In this document: positions 13,335-25,300 of the stretch, piece by piece
Layout: each line of letters begins with the position of its first letter
Position numbering within the stretch: the first letter of the stretch is position 1
Source: Rhynchobatus australiae
Lineage: Eukaryota
Length of the DNA: 64,000 nucleotides
Assembly (NCBI GenBank): GCA_034780895.1
Contig: JAUZTB010000107.1
Coordinates: forward strand, 33,404,738-33,468,737
Direction: 5' to 3'
Program-made: the position numbers and the translations under genes
The notes under the pieces: model-generated
What the model was told of the DNA's origin: nothing
The model's database searches: none
What the model saw: only the letters and a program-made list of their open reading frames with translations

Positions 13335-13517
13335 TTCTTACGATATCAAAGGGGGCTATTTGGCCTATTCAGTTTATGTCAGTTCCAGCAGTATCTCATT
13401 AATCCATCTTTCCCTTGTTATTTCCTTGTAAACTATTGTCTCTCACATGTCCATCAACTGTCCCTGATTCTCCTGCCGCCCACCTACAGTAGGAGTTACT
13501 TCCAGTGGCCAATTACT
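13335..13517 (-). mobile_element. V-SINE 3' half, old
   Basis: ggcctattcag...ccatcaactgtccctgattctcctgccgcccacctacagtaggag...gtggccaattac is the reverse of the 3' half of the 11990 copy type. Confidence 0.6.
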
Positions 13518-13520
13518 ATT

Positions 13521-13765
13521 GGGAATGGCAAGGTAGCATAGCGGTTAGCGTGACGCTATTATAGAGCCAGTGATCGGGGTTCATTTCCGTCGCTGTCTGT
13601 AAGGAGTTTGTACGTTTTCCCATGTCTGCGTGGGTTTCCTCCAGGTGCTCCGGTTTCCTCCGACATTCCAAAGATGGACGGGTAGGTTAACATGGGTTTA
13701 AAATGGGCGGCGCGGACTCATTGGGCCGGAAGGGCCTGTTACCACGCTGTAAATAATTTTTTTTT
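13521..13765 (+). mobile_element. Younger, short V-SINE (HE1 subfamily)
   Basis: A-box-like tagcatagcggttagcg, B-box-like ggttcatttcc, V core gcgtgggtttcctccaggtgctccggtttcctcc, tail gggccggaagggcctgttaccacgctgt; many CpGs retained. Confidence 0.9.
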
Positions 13766-15344
13766 AATTTAAAAGCTATGTTAGTTTTAAGGTAACCACA
13801 TTTTTAGTGTCCAACTCATCTTCTCCCAGTCTCAAATATCAACAAAAGAAACTGAAAAAGGCCTAAAAAAAGTTTAAAAACAAAAGTAGGGAAATAAGCC
13901 TAGTCATCGTCCTCCATCTTATCCATCTCCAATTTTACCGGAGGTTATTTGAGGGCAGTCAAATTAACTTCTCTTCAATGGCAGGCAGGTCATTCAAATA
14001 TTTTAAAGAGGCTTGTTTACAGTTTCAAATTTAGCAATGATTGTCCACCTTTTCCACTCTTCAGAAAATACAAAGGGAGGTAAGAATGATTGGGTACAAT
14101 AATGTCTTTGATCTAAATCTCTGTAAGCAAATACACCCACACCCCTCATCTACAACTGGATTCCCTCTCCCACGACTGATCCAAACCCCTGCTACTGGAA
14201 CTCCCAATATGCCTGACTCTAATCTTACCCCATAGATATCCAACTCCTGCCCAACATTCTACTTCCCTCATGCCCAAAGCACAGCTGTGGCCTGGAGTGG
14301 AGGTGGTTAATTGTAGCTAACAGGGATGCTGGAAAAACTATTAAGTTTGATAAGTCACGGAGACCAACAATGCAAGATTCACTCTGATAAACCAGCATAT
14401 TTTGAGCTGTGACTGGAGGGAAGGTGGTGGGTTTATTGAGGGATGTTATGTGGTTGTAAACACAAAATAACTTTCAGCATGTTTGTGTGTGCCATGTTAA
14501 CTATAATTATAATATTTGCATCAAAAATAGAGCAGAGGGTGTGGTGCACATTTTGGATTACTCAAACTCAACACGACCATTTGAAGGATGAATCCAAAGA
14601 TTTGGCATTAGAAGTTTGGTAAGGAGGGTTGCGGTTAAAAGACTTTGCACAGCAATTATAAAAATTGAAGAAACATACTTCTGGCACAATGAAGACAAAG
14701 CTGGAAGTGACCCAGGAGGAATACTACAAGGGCATTGTGCAATGCTTCTGAATCCTAAACTGGCAGTTCTTTAATGATCTGCCCAATTCAAGGAAGGTTA
14801 AATTGCAAATTAACCTACATCTTGTTGTGCACATCATCCCCATTCCCTACCCCGACAGTCCCCATGCATCTTTTCCATCGCTTCATCTGCACAATCACTT
14901 ACCTTGCATGTGCACTAATTGTCTTCTCTCTGAGCCTGCAAAACCAAGTGATAAAAGTCAATTTAACATGGTTATAGGACCTGGCAGATAATCCATCAAT
15001 GATTTTATGTGCAGAATACTTTGAAATGTTGGATAGGCAGAAATATCATGGAAAGGATCCAGAGGCAAAAATAGTTGTGTGAAGTTGACACTTTTACAGC
15101 CATTGTTAACCCACAGCCACTGGGTTCAACAGGAGACTGCAGCTATTTCTAACCAAATGCCACAATGAGATCAGCCTTCAGAAGCATGTTCATGTTACGT
15201 AGGTACTGTCTCCTGTGACCTCATCCCCTTAGGATTCTCTGCAGTTGGAATTAGGTGTTACTGACAGTCATCCTTCTTCAAGGTCCTGGAAATAAGTAAT
15301 CATAGAAATTCATAAGACAACTGGAGGCCAGTTTGTCCTTTGTA

Positions 15345-15728
15345 TCAACGCTCACCAAAAATGGCTCTCTTGATGTTATACTTNNNNNNNNNNNNNNNNN
15401 NNNNNNNNNNNNNNNNNNNNNNNNNNNNNNNNNNNNNNNNNNNNNNNNNNNNNNNNNNNNNNNNNNNNNNNNNNNNNNNNNNNCTAGTACGATACAATGG
15501 ACTCTTGACCTCACAATCTACCTCGTTATGAACTTGCACCTTATTGTCTACCTGCACTGCACTTCCTCTGTAGCTGTGACACTTTACTCCTCTGCATTCT
15601 GTATTGTTTTACTTTGTACTACCTCAGTGCTCTGTATAATGAATTGATCTGTATGAATGGTATGTAAGACAAGTTTTTCACTGTACCTTGGTATAAGTGA
15701 CGATAATAACCAATTCAGTTCAATTCAA
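15345..15728 (+). mobile_element. Rex1-type 3' tail element (contains a gap)
   Basis: actcttgacctcacaatctacctcg...tttttcactgtaccttggta...gtgacgataataaaccaattc; a related copy lies at 35005-35172. Confidence 0.6.
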
Positions 15729-15729
15729 T

Positions 15730-15785
15730 CCACACAGACAGCACTTGAGGTCAGGATTGAACCTGGGTCACTCGAGCTGTGATGA
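15730..15785 (-). mobile_element. V-SINE 5' head fragment
   Basis: cacacagacagcacttgaggtcaggattgaacctgggtcactcgagctgtga contains a reverse B-box (ggttcaatcc). Confidence 0.65.
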
Positions 15786-15829
15786 GATTAAGCAGACTAG
15801 AGGGAGATGAAAACAATTAATCAGATTTT

Positions 15830-16205
15830 CAAAAAAGTTTAGAGAACTGAGAGCTAATCTCATCGAAATACACAAAGTACTTAGAGGACTTGACAGGATA
15901 GAGGTAGTGTTGATGTTTCTATTGACTGGCGCATCTAAAATCAGGGGTCATTTATTCAGGGATCATCTAAAATGTGAGAAAATTTCTTCAGGCAGAGGAT
16001 AGTGAGCCATTGGAATTCCATGCCCAGGAGGGCTCAATCATTTATTATTTTTAATACCAAGCTCAGTCGATTTTTGTATGTTAAGGGATCTGCATTTGAG
16101 CAGGAAAGTGGTACAGAGGCAAAAGATCAGCTCTAATTTTATTGCAGAGCAGAGCAGGAATGAGGAGCCAAAGGACCTATTCCTGCTTCTAATTCCTGCT
16201 CTGTA
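15830..16205 (+). mobile_element. CR1 3' end
   Basis: agagctaatctcatcgaaatacacaaa...aatttcttcaggcagaggatagtgag...ggagccaaaggacctattcctgcttcta. Confidence 0.75.
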
Positions 16206-16530
16206 AGATCCAAGGATAATAAACTTTCTCCGATCTGAACATTGTGTTCTGTTACATCAATTAAAGTTGGATCGGTTGGTAAATGTGGCGGTACAAAGGT
16301 GAGCCACTGAGACCAGAAGGTGGCAAGCTCCATTGTGTGCTGGGTTTGTTGCTTTCACTGGAATAGCTGCTTTTCTGGATCAGTGGCCATGAGCATGAGA
16401 GAGGAAATCCCAGCTCATGGTTCTACTCCAAACCACTAACATGAGTCATGCCTACAGAAATGCTGATTGAGAACATGCTTCAATGGAGAACAGTGTTCCA
16501 AGCCTAGTTATTCTGGATCTATATGAAAGA

Positions 16531-16593
16531 TCAGGCAGCATTTGTGGAAGGAAATGAACAGTTGACATTTCAGGTTGAGACCCTTCATCTGGA
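16531..16593 (-). mobile_element. Penelope terminal-repeat / MER6-like fragment
   Basis: The minus strand reads ccagatgaagggtctcaacctgaaatgtcaactgttcatttccttccacaaatgctgcctga. Confidence 0.6.
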
Positions 16594-16594
16594 T

Positions 16595-17097
16595 GGTCCC
16601 CTAGTTTTAGACTCTCCTACCTGGAGAGAAAAAAACTGACCATTCACCTTATCTATGCCCCTCGTGATTGTATATACCACTCTAAAGTCACCCTTCAGCC
16701 TCCTATGCTCTAGGGAAAAAAGCCCCAGCCTGTTCAGTCTCTCCTTATAACTCAAGCCTTCCTGTCCTGGTAACATTCTTGTGTCTCTTTTCTGCACCCT
16801 TTCCTGATTAATGACATCCTTCCTATAGCTAGGCCAGAACTGCACACAATAACTCCAAGTATGGTCTCACCAATGTTTTGTACAGTTATTACACTATGTC
16901 CCAACTCTTGTACTCAGTGCCCTGTCTGATGAAAGCAAGCATTTCAAACACCGCCTTCACCATCCCATCTAGCTGTGTCTACACTATACTTGTACCCCTA
17001 GGTCTCTCTGTTCTACAACATTCTTCAGTGCCTTGCCATTTACTGTGCAAATCCTGCCCTGGGTTAACTTACCAAAATGCAAGACTTCATACTTGTC
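16595..17097 (-). mobile_element. CR1 ORF2 C-terminal fragment
   Basis: ORF 16585-16845: QFWPSYRKDVINQERVQKRDTRMLPG..GLSYKERLNRLGLFSLEHRRLKGD. Confidence 0.92.
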
Positions 17098-19104
17098 AGT
17101 GTGAAGTTCCAGTTAAATAGATATTGCAGTGGTGAGGATTGCTGAACTTAATTGTGTTTGTGCATGGTTTAGGGAGTTAACTTACTGATTAGCTGCACAG
17201 AGGAGATCAGAAAGGCCCTGTTGAGGTCTATTGACAAATTACAATTACTCATCACACTGGGTTAGTTTTTTGACCACATAAATAATTTTACATTATTAAT
17301 ATACAGCACAATTAATTTATGCTATTATTTAAACTCTACATGACATTCCATCTGTTTCAATTATCTCATCTCTGCCTTCCCAGCATGTTCAATAACACAT
17401 TAGTAGGCATCATATGATGGCCATTGTCCCATTTGAAAGGGGGAAAACAAATCTGATGTGAGGTGCTTTTCATTGCTTTTCCTAAACATGGAAAACTACC
17501 AATTATCACCTATTACTCCACTGCACAGCTTTCAAGTTATTGGAGAGGGTTTTACTTATCCATTCACTAAATGGGTCTTGTGCCACAAGAACAAGTTGAG
17601 GTAACTTCCAATGAATTTTAAAAACTGGAGCCATTTTAATTGACTCTTCCTTTGCCAAAAGATAGAAAGCAAATATGAGTTTTTTGCGTAAGTATCAAGG
17701 ATCATCACGAATGGTAGCATTGTGCTACTGTTACCCTCCACACTGAGCAACTGCAAATACTGGCTGAAAAAAGTATACTATTTGCACAATGATCCACAGT
17801 GAAGCTGTATCCCGAACCTCTGCTGTCTCCTTCACTGTTCAACACATGCACACAATTATGTCAGGCAGGTCACAAATGTAAATTCTGTTATACTGAAGAG
17901 TTCGCCCTGTTGTACAATATAAATACTTTAATGCCATAGGTCAGATTCTCGCTCTTGACATGAAGCTAATGGCACAATTCTTTCAGTGCTGGCAGTTTCA
18001 CCCCAAAGCTGTTGTTAAAGGCCCTTTCACTGAGACAATAAAACTGCCAAAAAGACACTAAAAGTCAGCATTTGTGGCCAATGGACTTGAAATGAGCACT
18101 ATCGAAAATGTGTGTGTGTGTAACTGTGGATATTTAAGCAAGACTAAAATGCTTACAGAAAGTGGCATTTGTTAAACTCTGGGAGACGACTGACCATGCA
18201 CAATGTGACGTGGATAGTGGTCTAATACTCAGTCAACGTAAAATCCCCACGTTAACTGAGGAAATGATCAGAATGGTCTTTGTTTATTTGTCATCAATTA
18301 AAACAACATTAAAATATTTTGGTTATTTATTTGGTGCACGTTATTTAGGTGCTAATTTGCATGGGAGAAGCCTATTGGAAAGCATATGTAGAAATGGTGA
18401 TCCATGCATAAAAGTGTTTTCTTGCTGTTTTAATAAACATGAGATTAAATGTATTCTTATGATATTAGGTTGTTTACTGTTTTAATAAATAGCAAACTCT
18501 TTATATAGATTAACACCTTCATTAAAATAGTGGGAAAATGTCTGCAAATTCATAGAATATTTACTCCTTGGTGTCATCAATAAAAATAAAATGTATTCAA
18601 CCTGCCTACTCCTGCCGTACCAAACTCATCTTCTCTCTCCAACAAGCTATTATTCAGCCACCTTTTCAAAATGATGAGAAGGTAACAAGCTGAGCTAAAG
18701 GTTAGGGTTGTGCAATGTAATCTGAATTATAGTCGATTGGTGCATGTTCCATTTCTTCCTAATGTCTTTATCCAAAAGCAAAGATTTTCCATCTCCTGGT
18801 GATTCAGACTAGCTGCAGCTAATCTTGCAAACTAAAAGTAAGTTAAGTCAGTTGATGAGGTCAAAAGGGGCAGGGAGGGTTGACTTGGAGCAGGAAATGA
18901 GCAGAAGCATGTAATCGTATGTATGCAGAACCTTGGCTTCCACTTCCTGCCATCTATTCCCTTGACAGGGGTGGTGCATAATTGTTATTGGCAGTGTTTG
19001 CAGTGCCAGAATACAAACAAAAGGACAGGTGTCTGTGCACAGGATGCAAGAAACTAAGATAGTCACTCCCTTTGAAAACATGTTGAATTTTGAGCTAGCA
19101 ACTT

Positions 19105-19420
19105 TCTTTCAACAACAATAATGCCATGTAAAGCACTTTTCAAAAGGTAAAATATCCCAAAGTACCTCACAGGAGCACATATTCTGAAATTAGCACTGAT
19201 GGACAAATGCTTATTTAAGGATTGATTTTTAAGGCATTTCTTGAGGGAGGAAGAGGTGGTGGAGGGATTTCAAGAGAAAATTGAAGAACTGAAGTTTGGA
19301 TACAATAATGATGTAATTATGACTGGGGTTTTATAAGAGGACAAAGCTGGAGGAACAGATACCTTGAAGGGAGTAAGATGATGGTTATGAAAGGGCAAAA
19401 CCATGAATGAGCCTGCATGG
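19105..19420 (-). mobile_element. Old L2-type LINE 3' end
   Basis: caacaacaat...aaagcacttttc...atatcccaaagtacctcacaggagc...tttttaaggcatttcttgagggaggaagag pattern. Confidence 0.45.
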
Positions 19421-22400
19421 TAAATCATTCCATGTTTCACTTTCTCTCTATTTCAAGGAAGTGGGCATGATTGACAGAGCACATAGCATGGATGAAAAGA
19501 AGCATAAGGTATCAATCTAGCTTTTAGGTTTTGTTTTCACCATCAAGTTCACTATGTATCAAGTAAACCTATGAATGAATTTGGGAATTGGGAAGTATTG
19601 CAGATTGTCAAAGGCGAGGATTCTGGGTAGAAGATAAGATACAGGTGGCAAACTTGAACTAGGAATGCACTGGATTTTTTTCTTTGGACATGATAGAGGA
19701 TTTCAGGATGCTCTGCCTGAACAAATAGTCCGAGTGTAGTCATGATATGACTGCCCCCAAATTAACATTCTGACCTTTGGCTCATTAGAATAATATTCCC
19801 TGTCGTTATTTTTAAGCAGTAGAAATTTGTCCTGTACTAAATGTTTGTGGGTGAGTCTCAGCAGAGAGTACAACCAGTAATCCATGTTCTTGCATCCATT
19901 TATCATTTAGGACTAAAGACAAATTTCCATCTCCCCATCAACGCCAAACTCCACAAGATTGGGAGAGTATGTGACCTAAGCTGATGTTGACCATAGGTTG
20001 AAGAGTTTGAAAAGATAAGGAAGAGGTAAGGCACAAAAAGATTTGTAAATCAAAACAAAGATTTTGAATGTAATAATTTGCTCAAGAGACAATCAATAGG
20101 AGGTGGCAAAATGTTGCAAATGTTCGTGTTTAGACAAAAGCAAGAGTTTAAGTGGCCAGGGTTGACAGCGTACGTAAAGTGTGAGCCTGGAGGTTCATAT
20201 TTGCATAATCTACATTTTGTAAATGTATTATACATGCGTTTGGCCTATATCTTTGATTCAGTGCTTCACTTCCTCTCCTTGCCTATTCTCCTTTTTCGAT
20301 GTCCTGTTCCCATTGAAGTGTTGGACAGAAAGTGAGGCATTGGGTATTGCATTAGTAAAGTGGTTACCATTTGGTGTTGCATTACCATATCCTTTGTGAT
20401 TATAAACATAATGTAACATTTCTGCTGCTGGTACTCTCCTCTTTCTTGTGTTTTTCTCCTCCAGCACATGTAAAATTTTGGCTGCATTTGGATCTTCAAC
20501 AGAATTTTAACACTATATTGACATTTCTGGGGGGGCGGGTGGAATATCAACAGTGTTTGTATTTCAATAACTGGGTTCCTTTCAGAGGAAAATATCTTCA
20601 TCCATAATTTAACCAATTCATATTTTGCAGGAATTTCTGCTGATAATCTGTCAAATGTCTGTTTGCAGCATCAGCACAATCAACATAATTCTTAAATAGT
20701 TGTCATTGTGTGTAAATTTACAGAATACTGACTATTTCAAAGTGCTGGAGTCCTGTTTATGTTAAAGTCACTCAGACTGCCAATGAACTGTGTGATCAGC
20801 TCTTGCAGCTTGTATGATTTCTCTCAGTCCTATTTTAGGAATAAATATTGCTCTTCTGCTGCTTTTCTCAACTTATCAGACTTAAGACAATGCCATAAAG
20901 TGGTCAAAAAATCAGTGCAAGTTCTAATTTCTTTCACTGTTAATGAGGGATCAGTGCATTTGGAATTGTTCATTGATTATTCTTAGACAAAGGTTGCTGT
21001 TGTAGCTTAGTATGTTCTTGATCCATAGAACTCTTCAGTTCCCCAAATGCTCAGATTTCCCAATTCACGCTTGCCTGTACTTTGCCATTAACACAAAAGA
21101 AGGAATCACAGAAGAGTTTCATTTGAACTCGTGAGAACATCCTTTCTGCACCTTGTACAATAGATAGATAGATGTTTTAACACCAGTCCACAGGGGGACT
21201 GGAGAGGGGGAAATTTATCTTTAGGGTCTGCTGGGCATTTTCTATGCATTAAGAGCTTTTGAAAATTATCTTCATCTTGGCCATTATCCATTTTTGTGAT
21301 AATAGGTGAGTCCTCTTTCAGTTGCACTGAAACGAAATTAGCATCTGGCAGTTCCAATGCACTCTCAGTGGTGAATTGTCATAGCAACGGAACAGCCACC
21401 ATGTTGGCTTTTGTCTCACTGCAACAAAATTTGGCCATCAATCATAAGTTACAGGGCCTTGCACATTTACCTAATCAGAACTGTGCCCTCCAGTCATCCT
21501 CCACCTGAGACCATGGCAAAAGCAGCACTGAACTTGGAGCAATGTCATCATCTCCTTCGCCGACATCAAGGTTGCATGGCTCACAATGGGAAGTGCCAGC
21601 TGAATTTCTCAACTGGTGCTGAAAGAAAATATACTGTGTCTCTAATTTCCAGGACAAAAGAAAAATCCTGGGATTTGAAGCACTTTAAGTTTAGCTCATT
21701 CCTCTTTTGTTCTGAGTAGCTGTGAAATATCCACCAAAATAGCTGAGTAATTAAAAATGTAGAAGTACATTGACAACCCAAAGGTAAGAGTGTTAAAATT
21801 ATAAGGACTTGGCCTTTACTGCTTGCAAGATAGTACTTCAATCATTGTAACTATTTGCTGACAGTTAACAGGATTTAAACTAATGACAAGAAGCTCATTG
21901 TCTCCATGTTGTGCNNNNNNNNNNNNNNNNNNNNNNNNNNNNNNNNNNNNNNNNNNNNNNNNNNNNNNNNNNNNNNNNNNNNNNNNNNNNNNNNNNNNNN
22001 NNNNNNNNNNNNNNCATTGTCTCCATGTTGTGCCATTTATCTGCTGCCCCCAGAGGTACATTTTTGAAAATGACCATGACAACAGCCATCTTCAACTGAT
22101 TATCTTGTGTAGTTTGAATCCAGTCTTAATGAGTGTCTCTTGGGTCAGGCCTGCCTTTCTCAAAATTAAGAGCCCATATTATAATAATGGCTGGTATAAA
22201 TTCAGTGTGTTAATTGTCAGACGTTTTGCCAAAATATCCATTTCCCTTTTTATCACTGAACATTTTGATTCTATGCTAGCTCTTTCAGTGCAGGAGATTC
22301 ATTTTAGATTGCTCTGATTTACAATGACTGCAGTTTATAAACAAAATCTTTACTCAAAAGCCTAACACATTGATTTTTTTTTACCTGAATGATGTGCATG

Positions 22401-22462
22401 TGGGTCCTCTAACCATCTGGTTCTCTCTGACTCTCTCTTTAACAATTGCTCTATTTATCACA

Positions 22463-23071
22463 TCAGATGGACTTGGACAGGTTGGGAGAGTGGGCAAAGA
22501 AATGGCAGATGGAATACAGTGTAGGGAAGTGTGGAATTATGCACTTTGGTAGGAAGAATAAAGGTGTAAGCTATTTTCTAAATGGGAAGAAAATTAAAAA
22601 TTCAGAGGTGCAAAGGGATTTGGGAGTTCGAGTTCTGAAGGTTAACTTGCAGGTAGAGTCAATAGTAAAGAAGGCAAATGAAATGTTAGCATTCATTTCA
22701 AGAGGACTAGAATATAAAAGCCAGGATATACTGCTGAGGCTTTATAAGGCATTGGTCGGACTGCATNNNNNNNNNNGAGCAATTTTGGGCCCTGTATCTA
22801 AGGAAAGATGTACTAGCCCTGGAGAGGGTCCAAAGGAAGTTCACAATAATAAACCCAGGAATGAAAGGCTTAACATATGAGGAGTATTTGATGTCTCTGA
22901 GCCTGTACTCACTGGAGTTCAGAAGGATGAGGGAGGATTTCATTGAAACCTAATGGATACTGAAGGTTCTAGATATAGTGAACATGGAGAGGATGTTTCT
23001 GGTAATGGGAGAATCTAGGATACGAGGGCACAGACTCGGAATAGAAGGACGTCCCTTTAAAACCAAGAGGA
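22463..23071 (+). mobile_element. CR1 ORF2 C-terminal fragment (relatively young), ending in a gap
   Basis: ORF 22446-22880 DLDRLGEWAKKWQMEYSVGKC...VQRDLGV...GLEYKSQDILLRLYKALV; ORF 22978 ERMFLVMGESRIRGHRL. Confidence 0.93.
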
Positions 23072-24029
23072 NNNNNNNNNNNNNNNNNNNNNNNNNNNNN
23101 NNNNNNNNNNNNNNNNNNNNNNNNNNNNNNNNNNNNNNNNNNNNNNNNNNNNNNNNNNNNNNNNNNNNNNNNNNNNNNNNNNNNNNNNNNNNNNNNNNNN
23201 NNNNNNNNNNNNNNNNNNNNNNNNNNNNNNNNNNNNNNNNNNNNNNNNNNNNNNNNNNNNNNNNNNNNNNNNNNNNNNNNNNNNNNNNNNNNNNNNNNNN
23301 NNNNNNNNNNNNNNNNNNNNNNNCACCTGGGACCATCCACATAACACAACAGAATAAAATAATACCTTTTGATTCTGGGCTAGTTCTTGATCTTTTTTCA
23401 GAGCTATCCATGGGAATCTTTTACTTTGCTCTCTCTCCCTCCATCATTTTATATTTATCAGTCATAATTACCTATCCAATGCGATCTTGAACCATTTGAA
23501 TTACCAGTGTACACCTATCTGGAAATTAATCTCCCATTGGTAAGACTAAAGAGACTGAAATGGAATTAATTCTGGAGACAGATCAAGTCATACTATTGCC
23601 ACTAGAGACCTTGTGATTGGAAGGCAAATTTCTAGGTAATAATATTTTATTATCCTTCCAACTTCACCTTCTATTCTTCTGTGCCTTCCCTGATACCAAC
23701 ATGACAACCAGATGAAATCACATTTTGCTGATTAACCTCTCAAAAGCATTCATACTTTTGGAAGCCTCCACTATTCATTGCTATAATCTCTCTATTACAG
23801 TGAAAGAAACATGTTTTCTGAGCTTTGTCCAGGATTAATCCAATAATAATAATAAGCTCATCTGATGAATCTTTGCTGTGCAGTGGAATTGGACGGTGCA
23901 GTGCCTGCTCTTTCTTTGCTACAAGTGCTAGTTTATTTGCTCTTCATGCCCCTTTGGACCTGTTCTTTCGAGAATTATGCATCATCATTCTGTGAGGTCA
24001 CCTTTTCACCATCATCTTTGGAATTCATT

Positions 24030-24480
24030 GGGGTTATTCCAATTCTGTGATTGTGATGTGGCTGAAGAATCCCTATGTGGGATCTGCAGACTGCCACAAG
24101 AGAGACAGGATGTGCGTAATAGGGTGTGCTATTTGGGACGCTGTGTACTTTGTCCACCGTTTGCACATGGCTCCCATGCTTCTGTCACAGAGTCTGAAAT
24201 GCTTAGTGCCTCCTTGATGCTGCTCCTCCATTTAATGAAATCAGCAACCCTCTTCAACTGAATGGGATTGCTGCTTCTGTGTCACTCAGGGCTAATGTAA
24301 GGGACTGGGTGCAAAGATATACAGCTCCTCAGTTCGGTACAATCCAGAACTGCCATGGATTTGATGGTGAGCCTAGCAACGGAGCAGAAGACATAATGCG
24401 ACACCATCTGATCTTCAGCACATTCGCAGAGTGCATTGCAGTGCACAGACCCAAAAGGCAAAGACAAGCTAAACATTAGA
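24030..24480 (-). mobile_element. RTE-clade LINE 3' fragment
   Basis: The minus ORF contains AVCRSHIGILQPH, the same C-terminal motif as the 8920-9440 copy. Confidence 0.6.
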
Positions 24481-24519
24481 GGATCACAGAACAGAAGTAA
24501 TCCAGATCACAGTTCAGAC

Positions 24520-24670
24520 CAGCCTATTAAGTACATTTAAGTCTGAGTTAGATATTTGGACTAACTTGCAGTCCTAGGTTATGGGGAAAGTGGATTTGAG
24601 CCCCGACATCAGATCAATGGTAGAGCAGGGTGGAGGGAGAGTATGATCTAGTGCTGCTTCTACTTATGGC
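24520..24670 (+). mobile_element. CR1 3' UTR fragment
   Basis: gtacatttaagtctgagttagatat...ggttatggggaaagtgg...aatggtagagcaggg...tgctgcttctacttatg. Confidence 0.6.
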
Positions 24671-25175
24671 TAACACTTCAGAGTAGTACTGGGGTGTTAC
24701 CTTTTCTGCTAAGACTTCAAATCAAAAGACACTTTTTTTCAATGCATATAAAAGCCCTTTCTGTGTTTATCAACTCTGCCTGTAACATTTTCTTTCTCCA
24801 TTTATCCAAGAGAAGCCTCCTTTTACAAACATCCTTAACCCTGGTGAGATCGGAAGAATGCTAATTCCCACTGCCCAGAGGAAGCTGGGTGGAGTGGGAG
24901 TTGAAATGAAGTAGGTCAATTATCTTCTCTTTCCCTAATCTGGAACAATCCAGAATGTTTCACTGGAAAACTCGTGTATTTACAGAAATTGATATATTTA
25001 TTCAAAGCAAAAAATTTATTTAGCAGACTGACAGCAGTTGTGCAAGTTTGATGGTTGATGGTTAGGAATGACAAANNNNNNNNNNNNNNNNNNNNNNNNN
25101 NNNNNNNNNNNNNNNNNNNNNNNNNNNNNNNNNNNNNNNNNNNNNNNNNNNNNNNNNNNNNNNNNNNNNNNNNNN

Positions 25176-25300
25176 GTATTTGGATTTTCGGGAAGCTTTC
25201 AATAAAGTCCCACATGTACCTGGGGATAAAATATTGGGTATTGGGGATTGTTTAACAGATGGGACATGAGAAAGTTGGAATAAACAGGTCACTAGGTTGG
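25176..25300 (+). mobile_element. CR1 RT fragment next to a gap
   Basis: tatttggattttcgggaagctttcaataaagtcccacat translates to YLDFREAFNKVPH. Confidence 0.75.

Noticed and set aside
13521-13600. tRNA-like A and B boxes
   Set aside because: They are the head of a V-SINE, not a tRNA gene.
16565-16593. Hammerhead-ribozyme-like core in Penelope terminal repeats (also about 46515-46545 and 63385-63410)
   Set aside because: The core reads CAGATGA...GAAA rather than CTGATGA...GAAA, and the other copies are more decayed. I could not build the stems, so no active ribozyme is supported.
22950-23490. Long ORFs containing X runs (also at 28.2, 35.5 and 61.3 kb)
   Set aside because: Their length comes from translating N gaps.
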